Assembly (NCBI GenBank): GCA_903813345.2
Contig: CAIIXF020000001.1
Location: 2,790,001 to 2,854,000, forward strand
Origin: Owenia fusiformis
Lineage: Eukaryota
Reading direction: 5' to 3'
DNA length: 64,000 nucleotides
In this document: positions 1 to 10,929 of the stretch, one piece after another
How the letters are laid out: each line of letters starts with the position of its first letter
Position numbering within the stretch: the stretch's first letter is position 1
Notes under the pieces: model-generated
Told to the model about the DNA's origin: nothing
Database searches by the model: none
What the model saw: only the letters and a program-made list of their open reading frames with translations
Translations under genes and position numbers: made by a program

Positions 1-50
1 AGCTTCATTTCAAAAGATAATGTCTTGAAATATCTGAAATGTAATTTCAG

Positions 51-370
51 AATATGCTGTGCCAAAACTACGAGAAGCTAAAATGAGGATGATACCCTCC
101 CAAACATGTTCTGAAAGGATTTTAACGACGGACAACCAGTATTTATGCGCAGGGTATGCTACGGGATATGTCGGGGGTTGTGAGGAAGACTCCGGTGGCC
201 CTCTAGTTTGTATGGACATGAATAAACGCTGGAATCTACTAGGGACCTACAGTGGAGGACCAATGAATTGTGGGGTTGGTAGCGGTGTGAGACCCGTAGA
301 ACCAAATGTGTTTGCTAGAATAACTCACTTCTCAACTTGGATGGATAGTATTATGAGACTGAATCGGTAA
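51..370 (+). CDS. Terminal coding exon of a chymotrypsin/trypsin-family (S1) serine protease or protease homologue; upstream exons outside the window
   Basis: Acceptor ...aatttcag ends at 50. Translation ..YLCAGY..GGCEEDSGGPLVC..WNLLGTYSGG..CG..PNVFARITHFSTWM matches the S1 C-terminal motifs (CAG, DSGGP, PxVY/FxRV..W). Stop TAA at 368-370. Confidence 0.9.
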
Positions 371-1013
371 TAGGAAAGTTACAGGGGCCAGTTACTCAAA
401 AGCATATACATTATACATAATTGTGAATCTTTTAATCAATCATTGATAATTTTGCCTTTTCTTGCAACTGAATGATTAACTTGATGCCATGATTAAAAAG
501 CAATTCATTATCCATGGGATATTTTACATGTGGATATGACATGCGGCTTTATAATTTCATAATTCACAATATGGTATTGCAAACAACAAAGGCTTTCGAG
601 TAACATCTTTCAAATTCAGGATTGAACAAAAATCACTTCCTACCTTGTATGTAAACTTATTACTTATTCTACTCTGCCTGCCTAATGAACAAACAAACAA
701 ACAAAATTATGCAAAGCTACATGAAATGTCTCAAATTCATCGCTTATTCATTTATCTGTGGCTGTGCAGATCACAGTGTAGAAAAGCCCAGATTGGTTGC
801 TGAAAAAGTCTTGTTAAGGTGTTTGTTGTATTGCTCCATATGTGCAAATATTCTATGGAAAAGAAATACGGGCACATTGATTATAGGTGTATTTATGTAG
901 TTTATCCGTTTATCATACACATTTATACCATCATTTGCTTTGTAAAGAGCCTACATAAAAATATTCAAATTTCTTATCCTACTCTTCTTCAGTAATGAAG
1001 CAATCGCATGCTA

Positions 1014-1084
1014 CAGTAAAACCTGTCTTATCCAAACACCAGATGTTCAGATTATAGAGGTGTTCAGATATGCAGGTTTTACAG
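1014..1084. mobile_element. Internally deleted Tc1/mariner-type MITE (family A, TIR CAGTAAAACCTG)
   Basis: TA|CAGTAAAACCTG...CAGGTTTTACAG|TA, with internal GTTCAGAT repeats shared with other family A copies. Confidence 0.7.
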
Positions 1085-4026
1085 TAGCCCAGTGTGTGTG
1101 TGTGGTCGCTATACAGATATAATTGACACCAAATGTGTCAACTCTTTATATCATTTGAAATCCCTGGTTAAAGATATTCAGAGTGGTTTTTCACTTGATT
1201 ACACTTGTATTTAAAAAATTAAATCATGTGATGTAGCAACGAGACGTATGTGATAATAGGACCATTTTACAGTATATAAAGTCTGTGGTATTTATAATAT
1301 TCAGGGATAATCACATGTACCCAATCTGATATAGATAGAGCCTTTTTGCTTAGTTTAAGTGACTATACGTAAGTTAAAAATGAAATTGCACCATATTGAA
1401 TGATAAGAAATTGTCATAAAATCCTTAGTGAAGAAATTCCATCGACATGTATTATATTCCCATATGTATACTTGTATCATTCCATTCTTTGAATGGTAAC
1501 TAGATCAATGCATTTTTGACATAAACGAGGCAGGGGCTTTGTTTCTTATTAACATGTTGTAGTACCAGTAACTTACTAGTACTTATTGGCACTAGTGCTA
1601 ACCTATTTGTTAAGTACTACATTTACGTTAAGTGCAGAAGCGCTTGTCAGATGATTTTCTATAAAGGAGCTGCTTTTTTCATGAGACTGATCAAACCAGT
1701 TTATTGTTTTCAAAATCTTGTTTGAATTTTCTCAGATTCAAAAATTTAAATCATTGATTTTTTACTATTTTGAGACAGAGAGCTTACACACTAATTACAC
1801 ACTCCCTCTGGGACATGTTTCTGTATGTTAATTCAACCAATCCATTCTCTTTTGCTTTCTACTAATGATTTACCCCCTATGAAAAATAGGTGTATACTAT
1901 CAGGGGGAAAGTCAGGATCTAAAAGTGCCTCGCTTGGCTACACCCGTGACTATAACAAAAGCAAAAATAAGTATACAATGTACATATATTTATATTTGAG
2001 GTTGTGAAACTGTACTTTCGTAGATGTACACATATATATTTTTATATCTAAATGTTATGAAAAGTGTGCCACAAGCACTACATATATCACATTAGATACA
2101 TGTATATAATATCATGTAATATCTGAACAATGAAAGCTCATTTTATATCTAGAAGTTTTAAAATGAATGAAACAACTGTACAGCATGCCATATAGGTATA
2201 TATTTTAGTGGTATACACTGTATTTACAATGAACATTTTATAGATGATTTATATTAGACTTTCTCCCACTTACAAATGATATATATTTTGTATTGTTCTA
2301 ATGTGTCTAGAAGTATGCAGTACCATAGGGGAGTTTGTCATAAATATGTCTGAAGAACCGTTAAAATATATTTAACATAACACTTCATATGTCTAAACCT
2401 CTTATCAGCTTATTCACTTCATACAAACGTGCGTATTAGATCGGTTAAAACAGATAGCGGGTTTATATTTTATTTAGGCAAGTGTTTGCTTTATACAGCA
2501 CTCTGATAACCGATACCTCAATCTTAGGGTCTACCTATCCATATGCTACATGGTACATAATATCACATATTAGGTATATCGAAGAATGAAAATTATTCCA
2601 AATATTTAGGATATTCGTATACTATTGAGTATGTGACCAGGTTGTGTAAACAAATATACAATATACATTCCAAGTGATTTTATTCCCGTATTGTTAGAAT
2701 TATTGTGATTTTCTTTAAAATGGGGCGTGATAAAATCAAGGTGTTGAATATTATCTGAAGAGTTTTTAAAGTCACTGTGACCTGATAAACTTGTTTTAAA
2801 AATGCAATATCTGTAGTAAATGACAATTTAAGAAACTATTGCAAAAATTATCTATCATAACATTTTTGTGTACTACAAATGTGTAGATTTTTAAAAATGG
2901 TTTATATAAGTTGTACATATTAGAAATCTTTACTATTTTAAAGTGTTTTAGTGTAGATGTATAAAAGCATAGGCATTTATCCCATGATTGTATAAAAAAT
3001 GGTAGATATTCATCCTTTCTTAAATGGCGCTAAAATGGTTGCTTTTGTATATAAAAATAACACTGAGATGTTACACAGTGAACTTTACTGATGTGAGTAA
3101 ACTTAATTTCACTTATGTTTATTTATATTTTTATATTAACAAAATATATTATGATATGATGCTTTTGTAAATGCTTTTGTTGTGTTCTTTTCTCATTCAT
3201 GTACATCGCTTTCAACGTTGTTTTTTTTATTATAAATGAGTCATGATCTATGTGTTCTTATTGAACTTTCAATATGTCTTGAATGAATAGCATTATTGTA
3301 TCCTTTAAAATTCTTTATAATACGATTTTATTAAAAAGCTTTCTTCGCTTTTGTTGTTAAAGTTCATCCATTATAAAGCCACAACTTCATTTTAACCAAA
3401 CAATAAATGACTATTTGTTGGAGGAGACTCGAAATTGTATTGAAATATATTTTAGACTTAAACCAAGTCCCAGGTAGTCATTGATATATTCTCGACACCT
3501 TTCTTTTGATACTAGAGTTACCGTGACCCAGACGTGTTGTCCCTCTGCTATGGTAAAGCTTTACCAAACAAGCAACCCAGGACAAAGTATATAGACTTAA
3601 CGAAATGGTTGTATGCGTTTGCCCTTATGTGTCCCTGTTTCATTTCCTTAGGCGTAGATTTAAGGTGACACAGTATATGCTCCTAAATAGAGGGATCATT
3701 TAAAGATCTGCATTAACTTGAGTTATATTTTATGATTTATTACAAATTTGAACAGATTGGAGGTCTAATGATTGTAAACATCAATTTTATAAGGCAAACA
3801 GTTGACAAAACCATCTTCAAAGGGATTTTTTGTTAAAGTTAAAAACGCAAGAAATGAGCATCCTTAAGTGAGTTGAGTTCGATAATAAACATGGGTTTAT
3901 GTTGGAAAAGTCAGTAACGAACAAACTTTTCATTAAAAATGAACTCATTGAAAGTTAATTGGTTATTGATTAGTTGTATTCTTAGAATGTATCAATGATG
4001 AATCACGGGACTTTTCATGGAAAATT

Positions 4027-4550
4027 AACTAGATGCAAGTAGAAATAATCTTGATTTACATCATTAATCTTGATTTAGGTCATTAATATTAAGAATTTAG
4101 TCAAAGTGATGTCATATTTGAAATCTACGATAAAATTACATCTAAGAATATGATTTTAAATCTATAAAATAATGAAGAGTGAAATATTTCACTTTTCTTG
4201 GGTTGGACAAATAGTATTTCCTTTTACTGGACATACTTTCATTTGTATAATGGTCAGACACATAAGGGTCACTTATGAAAATTGATCCAATATCCCAGAT
4301 GCGAGTAGAAATAATCTTGATTTACGTCATTAAAAATTCACAGTTCAGTCAAACTGATGTCATCTGGTTTTGAAAAGAGTTTATCAACTTTGAAAATTTA
4401 ATTTTCTTTGAAAATGTGACTTCTAGGTCGGGGAGACTCCCCATAGACCCCATGTTGTAAAACCACAAAAAGTGAAATATTTTTTCTTGTGTTTGGCAGA
4501 TAACATTGTCTTTTACTGGACATATTTTAATCTGATAAAAGCACAATAAG
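4027..4550. repeat. Two tandem degenerate copies of repeat family B (AGATGCGAGTAGAAATAATCTTGATTTAC...)
   Basis: Copies start at about 4027 and 4294. The second is an inverted match to about 6005-6228. Confidence 0.7.
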
Positions 4551-4625
4551 AGTAACCCCCCTGATGTTTTGGCTCTAAGATGTATAAGAAGTTGGTCTAT
4601 CTACTTACCAACTTTGAGGCTTCAA

Positions 4626-4940
4626 CCCGGGGGGGGGGGTACTCCCATATATTTGCTACATGGGGACGTACCGCTAAAGTGGGTCACTTTTTCGCTGAAA
4701 AATCCTTAGATGTGGGTCCCATTTTGATGAAAAAATCCCTCGAACTGGGTCTTCTTTTTGAAAAATCCTAAAACTGCGGATTATTTTTGAAATAAATTGC
4801 CGGAAGTGGGTCTTGTTTTTTGAAAATTACCTTGAAGTGGGTCTATTTTTGAAAGAAAAACTCTAGATGTGGGTCCATTTTAGAGAAAAAAATCCCTAGA
4901 TGTTGGTAGAAATTTTGAGTATCAGCGGCACCCCCCTGTA
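4626..4940. mobile_element. Non-autonomous element beginning CCCGGGGG...GTACTC with internal ~32-bp repeats (AAAATCCYTAGATGTGGGTCCCATTTT)
   Basis: GC-rich terminus plus about 6 degenerate GTGGGTC-containing subrepeats. The right terminus is not clearly intact. Confidence 0.5.
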
Positions 4941-5350
4941 CAAAGTGACTTTGGACTAATTGTGTTTTTATCCAACAGTTGGTTGTTCTGATGGTTGTAC
5001 TGTCAATATATCGGAGATACTGTGCCCTCAGTTTGTTCTCAAGATAGATATCTTATATATGAGCAATTAAGGGAGATCACTGATTGTCTGGGGATGAAAC
5101 CAAGGCGACATTCCCCCTTTAATATGAAATCTGATTGTGTATTTACCTTTTACAAGGAGTTGGTACATGTTTGTTAAAAAATATAACCCATAACCATAAC
5201 CCATTAATGTAATAATGTACTCGAGCCCCTTTTCATTATAATAACGAAAGCTTTCTCTCTAAATATATATATTATAGTTTGAAAAAATTCCCACGTAAAA
5301 ATTGAATAAATCACATTTAGGTGGGCAAGCACCTCTTAAAATCTTCACTT

Positions 5351-5875
5351 GTAATTATCATAGGCCAAGGGAAACACTAGTAAGGCCATAAGAAGTAAAT
5401 TCTTTGTTTTGTGTCCCCTTGCTTGCACGGTTTTGAGTAAATCAGAAAAAAACAAACACATCCAAATAGCGCAAGGGCCTGAAAGTACTATCGCATTTCG
5501 TTCAGTCAGAATCAGAAATGACGGACGTTTTGATGTCGATCAAAATTGACAGTGTTATTGATTACTTTGGCATACATTGTGCATTTTCTTATTTTGGTTA
5601 CCTTTGATTAATAGCTATGTTTAAATATATTGTATATGATGTTATAGATATGTGTTTGTAATTATTGAAAATTGGTATGTCATCCCTTTATTTGCCCATA
5701 CATTTCTTAAGCAAACAAGTTTGTATTTTTTCTTGAGTTTGTGTTTGTTTTCCTTGTACCATTGCATGATTTTGATTTTGCCAGGACACAAAACAAAGAA
5801 TCTACTTCTTATGGCCTAAGCTGTATTTCACTTCTATATACAGCTATTTCTTTTCCCTTGGCCTATGGTAATTAC
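5351..5875. mobile_element. Small inverted-repeat element interrupted by the Harbinger-like MITE
   Basis: GTAATTATCATAGGCCAAGGGAAA (5351-5374) pairs with TTTCCCTTGGCCTATGGTAATTAC (5852-5875), one mismatch. Confidence 0.65.
5384..5816. mobile_element. PIF/Harbinger-like MITE
   Basis: 33-bp TIR GGCCATAAGAAGTAAATTCTTTGTTTTGTGTCC / GGACACAAAACAAAGAATCTACTTCTTATGGCC, flanked by TAA on both sides (3-bp TWA-type TSD). Confidence 0.85.
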
Positions 5876-6228
5876 CCAAATGCGAGTAGGTAGTTACCAG
5901 TTTCACCACCAGGTGGCTGATTCGGGTCAATTAACATGGCAGGTATATAAGAAAGTTCCCTTAAACTTGAATATTATCAATTTAAGTGGCTCAATTTTCA
6001 TATAACCCTTATGTGTCTGATACTTATACTAATGAAAATATGTCCAGTAAAGCAAAATATTATCTGGTCACTAAAAGAAAAGATATTTCATTTTTTGTGA
6101 TTTTATAGCATGGGGTCTATGGGGAATCTCCCCGAGCTAGAAGTCACATTTTCAAAGAAAATTAATTTTAAAGTTGATAAACAATTGTTAATGACGTAAA
6201 TCAAGATTATTTCTACTCGCATCTGGGT
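5874..6228. mobile_element. MITE-like copy of family B with ACCCARATGCGAGTAG termini
   Basis: ACCCAAATGCGAGTAG at about 5874 and CTACTCGCATCTGGGT ending at 6228. Its right ~220 bp is the reverse complement of 4294-4550. Confidence 0.6.
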
Positions 6229-6630
6229 TATTATATGCCATTTCAGGCATGTAAGGAATCTCAGAAATCACCCCCAACATAGAATTTGAACAGATAGTTG
6301 AATTTTCTGAAAGGAAAATCTACCCCCATCTCTCTGTACCAAAGAAATTTTTTTAAGTCTCATTGGTACAGAAAGATGGGGGGATGAATTTTCATGGGAT
6401 CTTCATCTAGAACTGCCCCCCCCCACATTTCTTAAGTCAGTAAGTTGATAATCTCCAACCAAATCTAACATTCTAATGTCAACAAATGAACTATTCATTG
6501 TATTTTTGTAAATCTATAATTAATCAGTTATCACATGTTAAAAATAAAAAAAAACTGATCAGATTTCAATCCATTTCCCACATTTCATATTTAGCCAATC
6601 ATTGTAAGGGAGTTTTATTTTCTAAATCTG

Positions 6631-6792
6631 CCACCAGATGGCATCCATTTTGAAGTCTCAGTTTAAAAGAAAAATGGCGGACGAGAAGTCGAGGTTTTAG
6701 TTTTTCTGTCTATTTCCTCTGAATGTACATCTATAGGTCCCAATGGTGTAGTTTAAAGGGATCCAAGACGGAGGTCAGGACTTGTAGGATAG
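6631..6792 (+). promoter_or_regulatory. Putative EXT1 core promoter/5' leader: CTCF-like motif, YY1-like AAAATGGCGG and upstream AUGs
   Basis: CCACCAGATGGCA 6631-6643; AAAATGGCGG 6671-6680; uATGs at 6674, 6723 and 6743 before the ATG at 6793. Confidence 0.5.
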
Positions 6793-7688
6793 ATGCAGGC
6801 CAAAAAGAGGTATGTGCTCCTAGCCTCGAGCGTGATATGCCTCGGATTGTGCTATTACATCGGCTTGCTAAGATTTCTTCAAAATGGTGAAAATTTATCA
6901 AAATACAAACATCAAAAACTGGTTGGTTTCATGGACCACAAAGACTTCAGATATGACCAGGATTTACATCTGTCAGCCAGGCATAGGAGAGATACATGGG
7001 TTCATAAAATATCTCACAAACATTGTCGCATGGAGACATGTTTTGACATGTCAAAATGTAAGGGGGATTTCAAAGTGTATCTTTATCCACAGTCACAGGA
7101 AAAAGTGTCATCAGCTTATAGCAAAATCCTCACATCTCTGCAGAAATCACGCTATTACACAACAGATCCAGCACAAGCGTGTGTCTTTGTCCTTTCCATC
7201 GACACTCTGGACAGGGATCATCTCTCAAAAGACTATATCAAAAATATCCAGTCTAAAATTGAAAGTCTCGGAACTTGGAACAATGGCCGTAACCATTTAT
7301 TATTCAATTTGTATTCAGGAACTTGGCCGGACTATGTTGAAGACCTTGGCTTTGATATAGGAGAAGCGATGCTTGCTAAAGCTAGTATAGAAGTAGTAAA
7401 TTTTAGATCAGGGTTTGATATTTCTATACCGCTATGGCACAAAGAGCACCCTCAGTCAGGGGCGGGGTCTGGCAACTTACAGACAACAACCATACCCTCT
7501 CTACGCACATATACATTAGTATTCAAAGGTAAACGTTATCTAACTGGAATAGGTTCAGAGACCAGAAATTCATTGTTTCATTTACATAATGGGAATGACA
7601 TAATTTTGCTTACATCCTGTCGACACGGAAAGGACTGGCAGGATTTCCAGGACAAAAGATGTGCCACGGATAATGCAGAGTATGACAA
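6793..7688 (+). CDS. EXT1: Exostosin-1 exon 1 of 9 (signal anchor plus N-part of GT47 domain)
   Basis: MQAKKRY start as in vertebrate EXT1, TM segment, CRMETCFD, WNNGRNHLLFNLYSGTWPDY, LVFKGKRYLTGIGSETRN. Donor AA|gtaagt at 7689. The nine exons total 2184 nt = 727 aa + stop, in frame. Confidence 0.97.
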
Positions 7689-10510
7689 GTAAGTCCTATA
7701 CTAGATATTAAGTCCTTACTTTTAGTTTTAGACCACATGACTCTTTGTAGATGTGATCAATCTCAGTTTGATTTTCAGTACTCAAAAACAGTTTTTATAC
7801 TCACATTTGAACTGTTTTTACTCACAATGAGTTCATTTCACACTCAGGATCATTCTGAGATATACTCACAATGTTACGTGTCTGTATTCATAATCAGACA
7901 ATATATTCCGAATACATTATAGTTACACATCTTGGAATTTCAAAATTGTCTACTAAATTATAGTACCCTGTTGGTTTGAAAGAGCACATTAATATGTTGT
8001 CATTTTTCATTTTTAAAATATTTTTTATTCCAGGTCATGTTTTATTTCCAGAAAATTTCTCATTTATATGATTGACATTTTTATTTTCCTATTAACACAA
8101 ACATTTTCACAGCACAGTAGTCGTGACACATCAACAGATAGTAATTGTGGTATAAAAGTACATGTATATATGTAGTATATCCAAACATGACTGACTGTTG
8201 AAATAGTTTATACTAGTCCCCTGTAGGATGTCCATTTAGCAGGTAAAAAGATCCAAGGAACAGAACCAAGCTTTCAAACATTCTTTAAAGTAGTAGAAAA
8301 ATGTTTTGAAATATCCAAAAAAAGGTATTTCATTTACCAGGGAAGTTTATTTGATCATATACACAATGTTATACATGTGTTATTAAATATTTGTAAGGGC
8401 CATCCTTATCACAACATGTGGGTGTCGTGAGGGTTCTGATAACTCAGAGGATGTCTGTTATAAGTCTGTACAGATTGTTCATTTATTTTTAAAATCAGGA
8501 AATAATATGTCAATAATTTGTCAATGAGCTACTTGAAGTTTTCCAAAATGATGATATCATCCTAAGTTCACTAAAACATGTGGTTTTATACTTTCAAATC
8601 AAAGACTCCTTCCTCTTTGGTGAGTTTGGTCTCAATTTTGTAAAAGTTTGATATTTGTATGTGTAGTGAACAGGGGTAAATATGTGATTGTTTGGTATTA
8701 CTTTAACTAATAAATTTGTTGTATGACTTTCGTATCAATATCTCAAGAGTTGAGAATTAAACAATTTGCTAAGTGTGTGTGGGAAGATTGGATAGGCCAA
8801 GGCTTGTCCAAGATTTATCTGAAAGCCACGACGTGACGATACTTCATTGTATAGATTGTTTGTCTGTCTCAATCCCAAAGACGAAAGATATCAACCTAAA
8901 TTCATTCATAGCTTATCAAGCACATACCTTTGAAAGTTTAAAGTATTTCAGCTATGCCATATTATCGTACAGCTGACTATTGACTTTTATTATCAAAAGT
9001 TTCCCCTCCTATATATATGTATACAATTTGAAGTTCTCAAGCTAGAGTTAATGTTAGCCTTACACTTACCCAATCATTATTTACACATTATGGCGAACTG
9101 TAAAGATACGACTTACTCATTTTCAAGAGTTACTTCATACTTGTATATATTTTGATACGGCAAACTTAAACCAACTATAGTATATTGCTTTCTTTAATAA
9201 CCATTTATTTTCGATAATTTCAAAACTGTCACATCTTTGATATAAATTGTGATTTACATTTCAACTGGGCCAAACCTTACATGCTAACATCTACTGATTT
9301 TGAATCTTACGACTTCTGATCTTACGATTTGTTGTTTAAATATTCCGATATTTTAGTGACGTGGGCTGTTCATATAACAATTGGACAACTCCCACATATC
9401 AGAGAATGTAGAACTTTAAGGTTAACAGTAACTTTGTTACTATGATAGTTAAAACATTATCAATAATTGAAAATGAAATAGGAAGCCGGACTTTTAATTT
9501 TAAGAAAATTGACAAGAATGAGTCATTTAAAGTCCTTTAGATAAATAGATAATTGCTACTTGTGGGTAATGATAAGCTGACTAAGATTTGAAAAGGCCAC
9601 ACAGATATGGACTATGAACATATTGCAAATGGTATTTCAGACAAATTCTCTTAATTCAGATATAAGACTTGTCTGGTAAACCACTTCACTACCGAATCTA
9701 GATAAATAATTTAATATTCCTTTAATTATATGTGTCATTGTGATATATGTGAGATATATTTATGAGGTTTAGACATTTAAGATAAACTTATTCTACCTGT
9801 TTATATATTATAACTGAACTCTATAACTGAACTCTACATACATTTACCACATATGTATGTACCCGAACTATATGTATATTTACCAGACAGAATATGTCAT
9901 TTTCTTGTCTAAAATATATACACCTTCCTCCAAAATACCACTTATGTTTAGGTAACTTTTCAAATACCTTTGTAATATTTATTTTAAGTTTTATGCCGTA
10001 AAAGGGTTTATTAGTAGGTAACTCACATTTAGTTGCTACGATAATGTTTACAAAAATGATTACATGAAGGAAAGTTTTCTTTAGATATTACTTGAGTGCA
10101 ACACTGCACCTTGAAATAAATAAATAATTACGTTCACTAAGATTTGGTTGAACATTTCTAAAGATTGAAATAATCCAGTAGTGAATATAATTTTGGCCTG
10201 CTTTTCTAGTAAGAAAATTAACAGTTACAAGATGTTGGAATGTTGAGGCTTGTCTAGTATAAAAATGCTAACTATGTAAGTCTCCCTGAATCTACCATCA
10301 ATCATTTATAGTCAAATACAATGACAGAAACTTGGTGATTTTTAAGTGGCGTTAATTTCGAAATAATGTGATCTCACCATATTTGTGTTCAGCAACACGA
10401 TTTTGAAACATATCACTTATAATTTATTAATGACATGCGGTTATATCAAACCATTCAATAAGTTCTATCTATTGTCTTATTATTAATGTATAATATATGA
10501 TTTTGATATG

Positions 10511-10929
10511 ATTTGGAACATTGGGATCGAATCATAATGAGGAGCCATCGTATGATAGAAGTACAGATCTATAGAAGTACAGATGCATAGAAGTACAGAT
10601 GTGTGATAGAAGTACAGATGTATTGAAGTACAGATGCATAGAAGTACAGATATATAGAAGTACAGATGCATAGAAGTACAGATGTATAATAGTAGATTTG
10701 GAACATTGGGATCGAATCATAATGAGGAGCCATCGTATGATAGAAGTACAGATCTATAGAAGTACAGATGCATAGAAGTACAGATGTATGATAGAAGTAC
10801 AGATGTATTGAAGTACAGATGCATAGAAGTACAGATATATAGAAGTACAGATGCATAGAAGTACAGATGTATAATAGTAGTACAGATATATAATAGAAGT
10901 ACAGATGTATAATAGAAGTACATCTGTAC
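10511..10929. repeat. Minisatellite (16-21-bp ATAGAAGTACAGATGC-like units) within a 185-bp higher-order duplication
   Basis: Spacer ATTTGGAACATTGGGATCGAATCATAATGAGGAGCCATCG occurs at 10511 and 10696, each followed by a run of GAAGTACAGAT units. Confidence 0.92.

Noticed and set aside
6884-7360. 158-aa ORF overlapping EXT1 exon 1 in another frame
   Set aside because: No recognisable motifs; most likely a shadow of EXT1 codon usage.
10483-10923. Four overlapping minus-strand ORFs with repetitive peptides
   Set aside because: Artefacts of the minisatellite.
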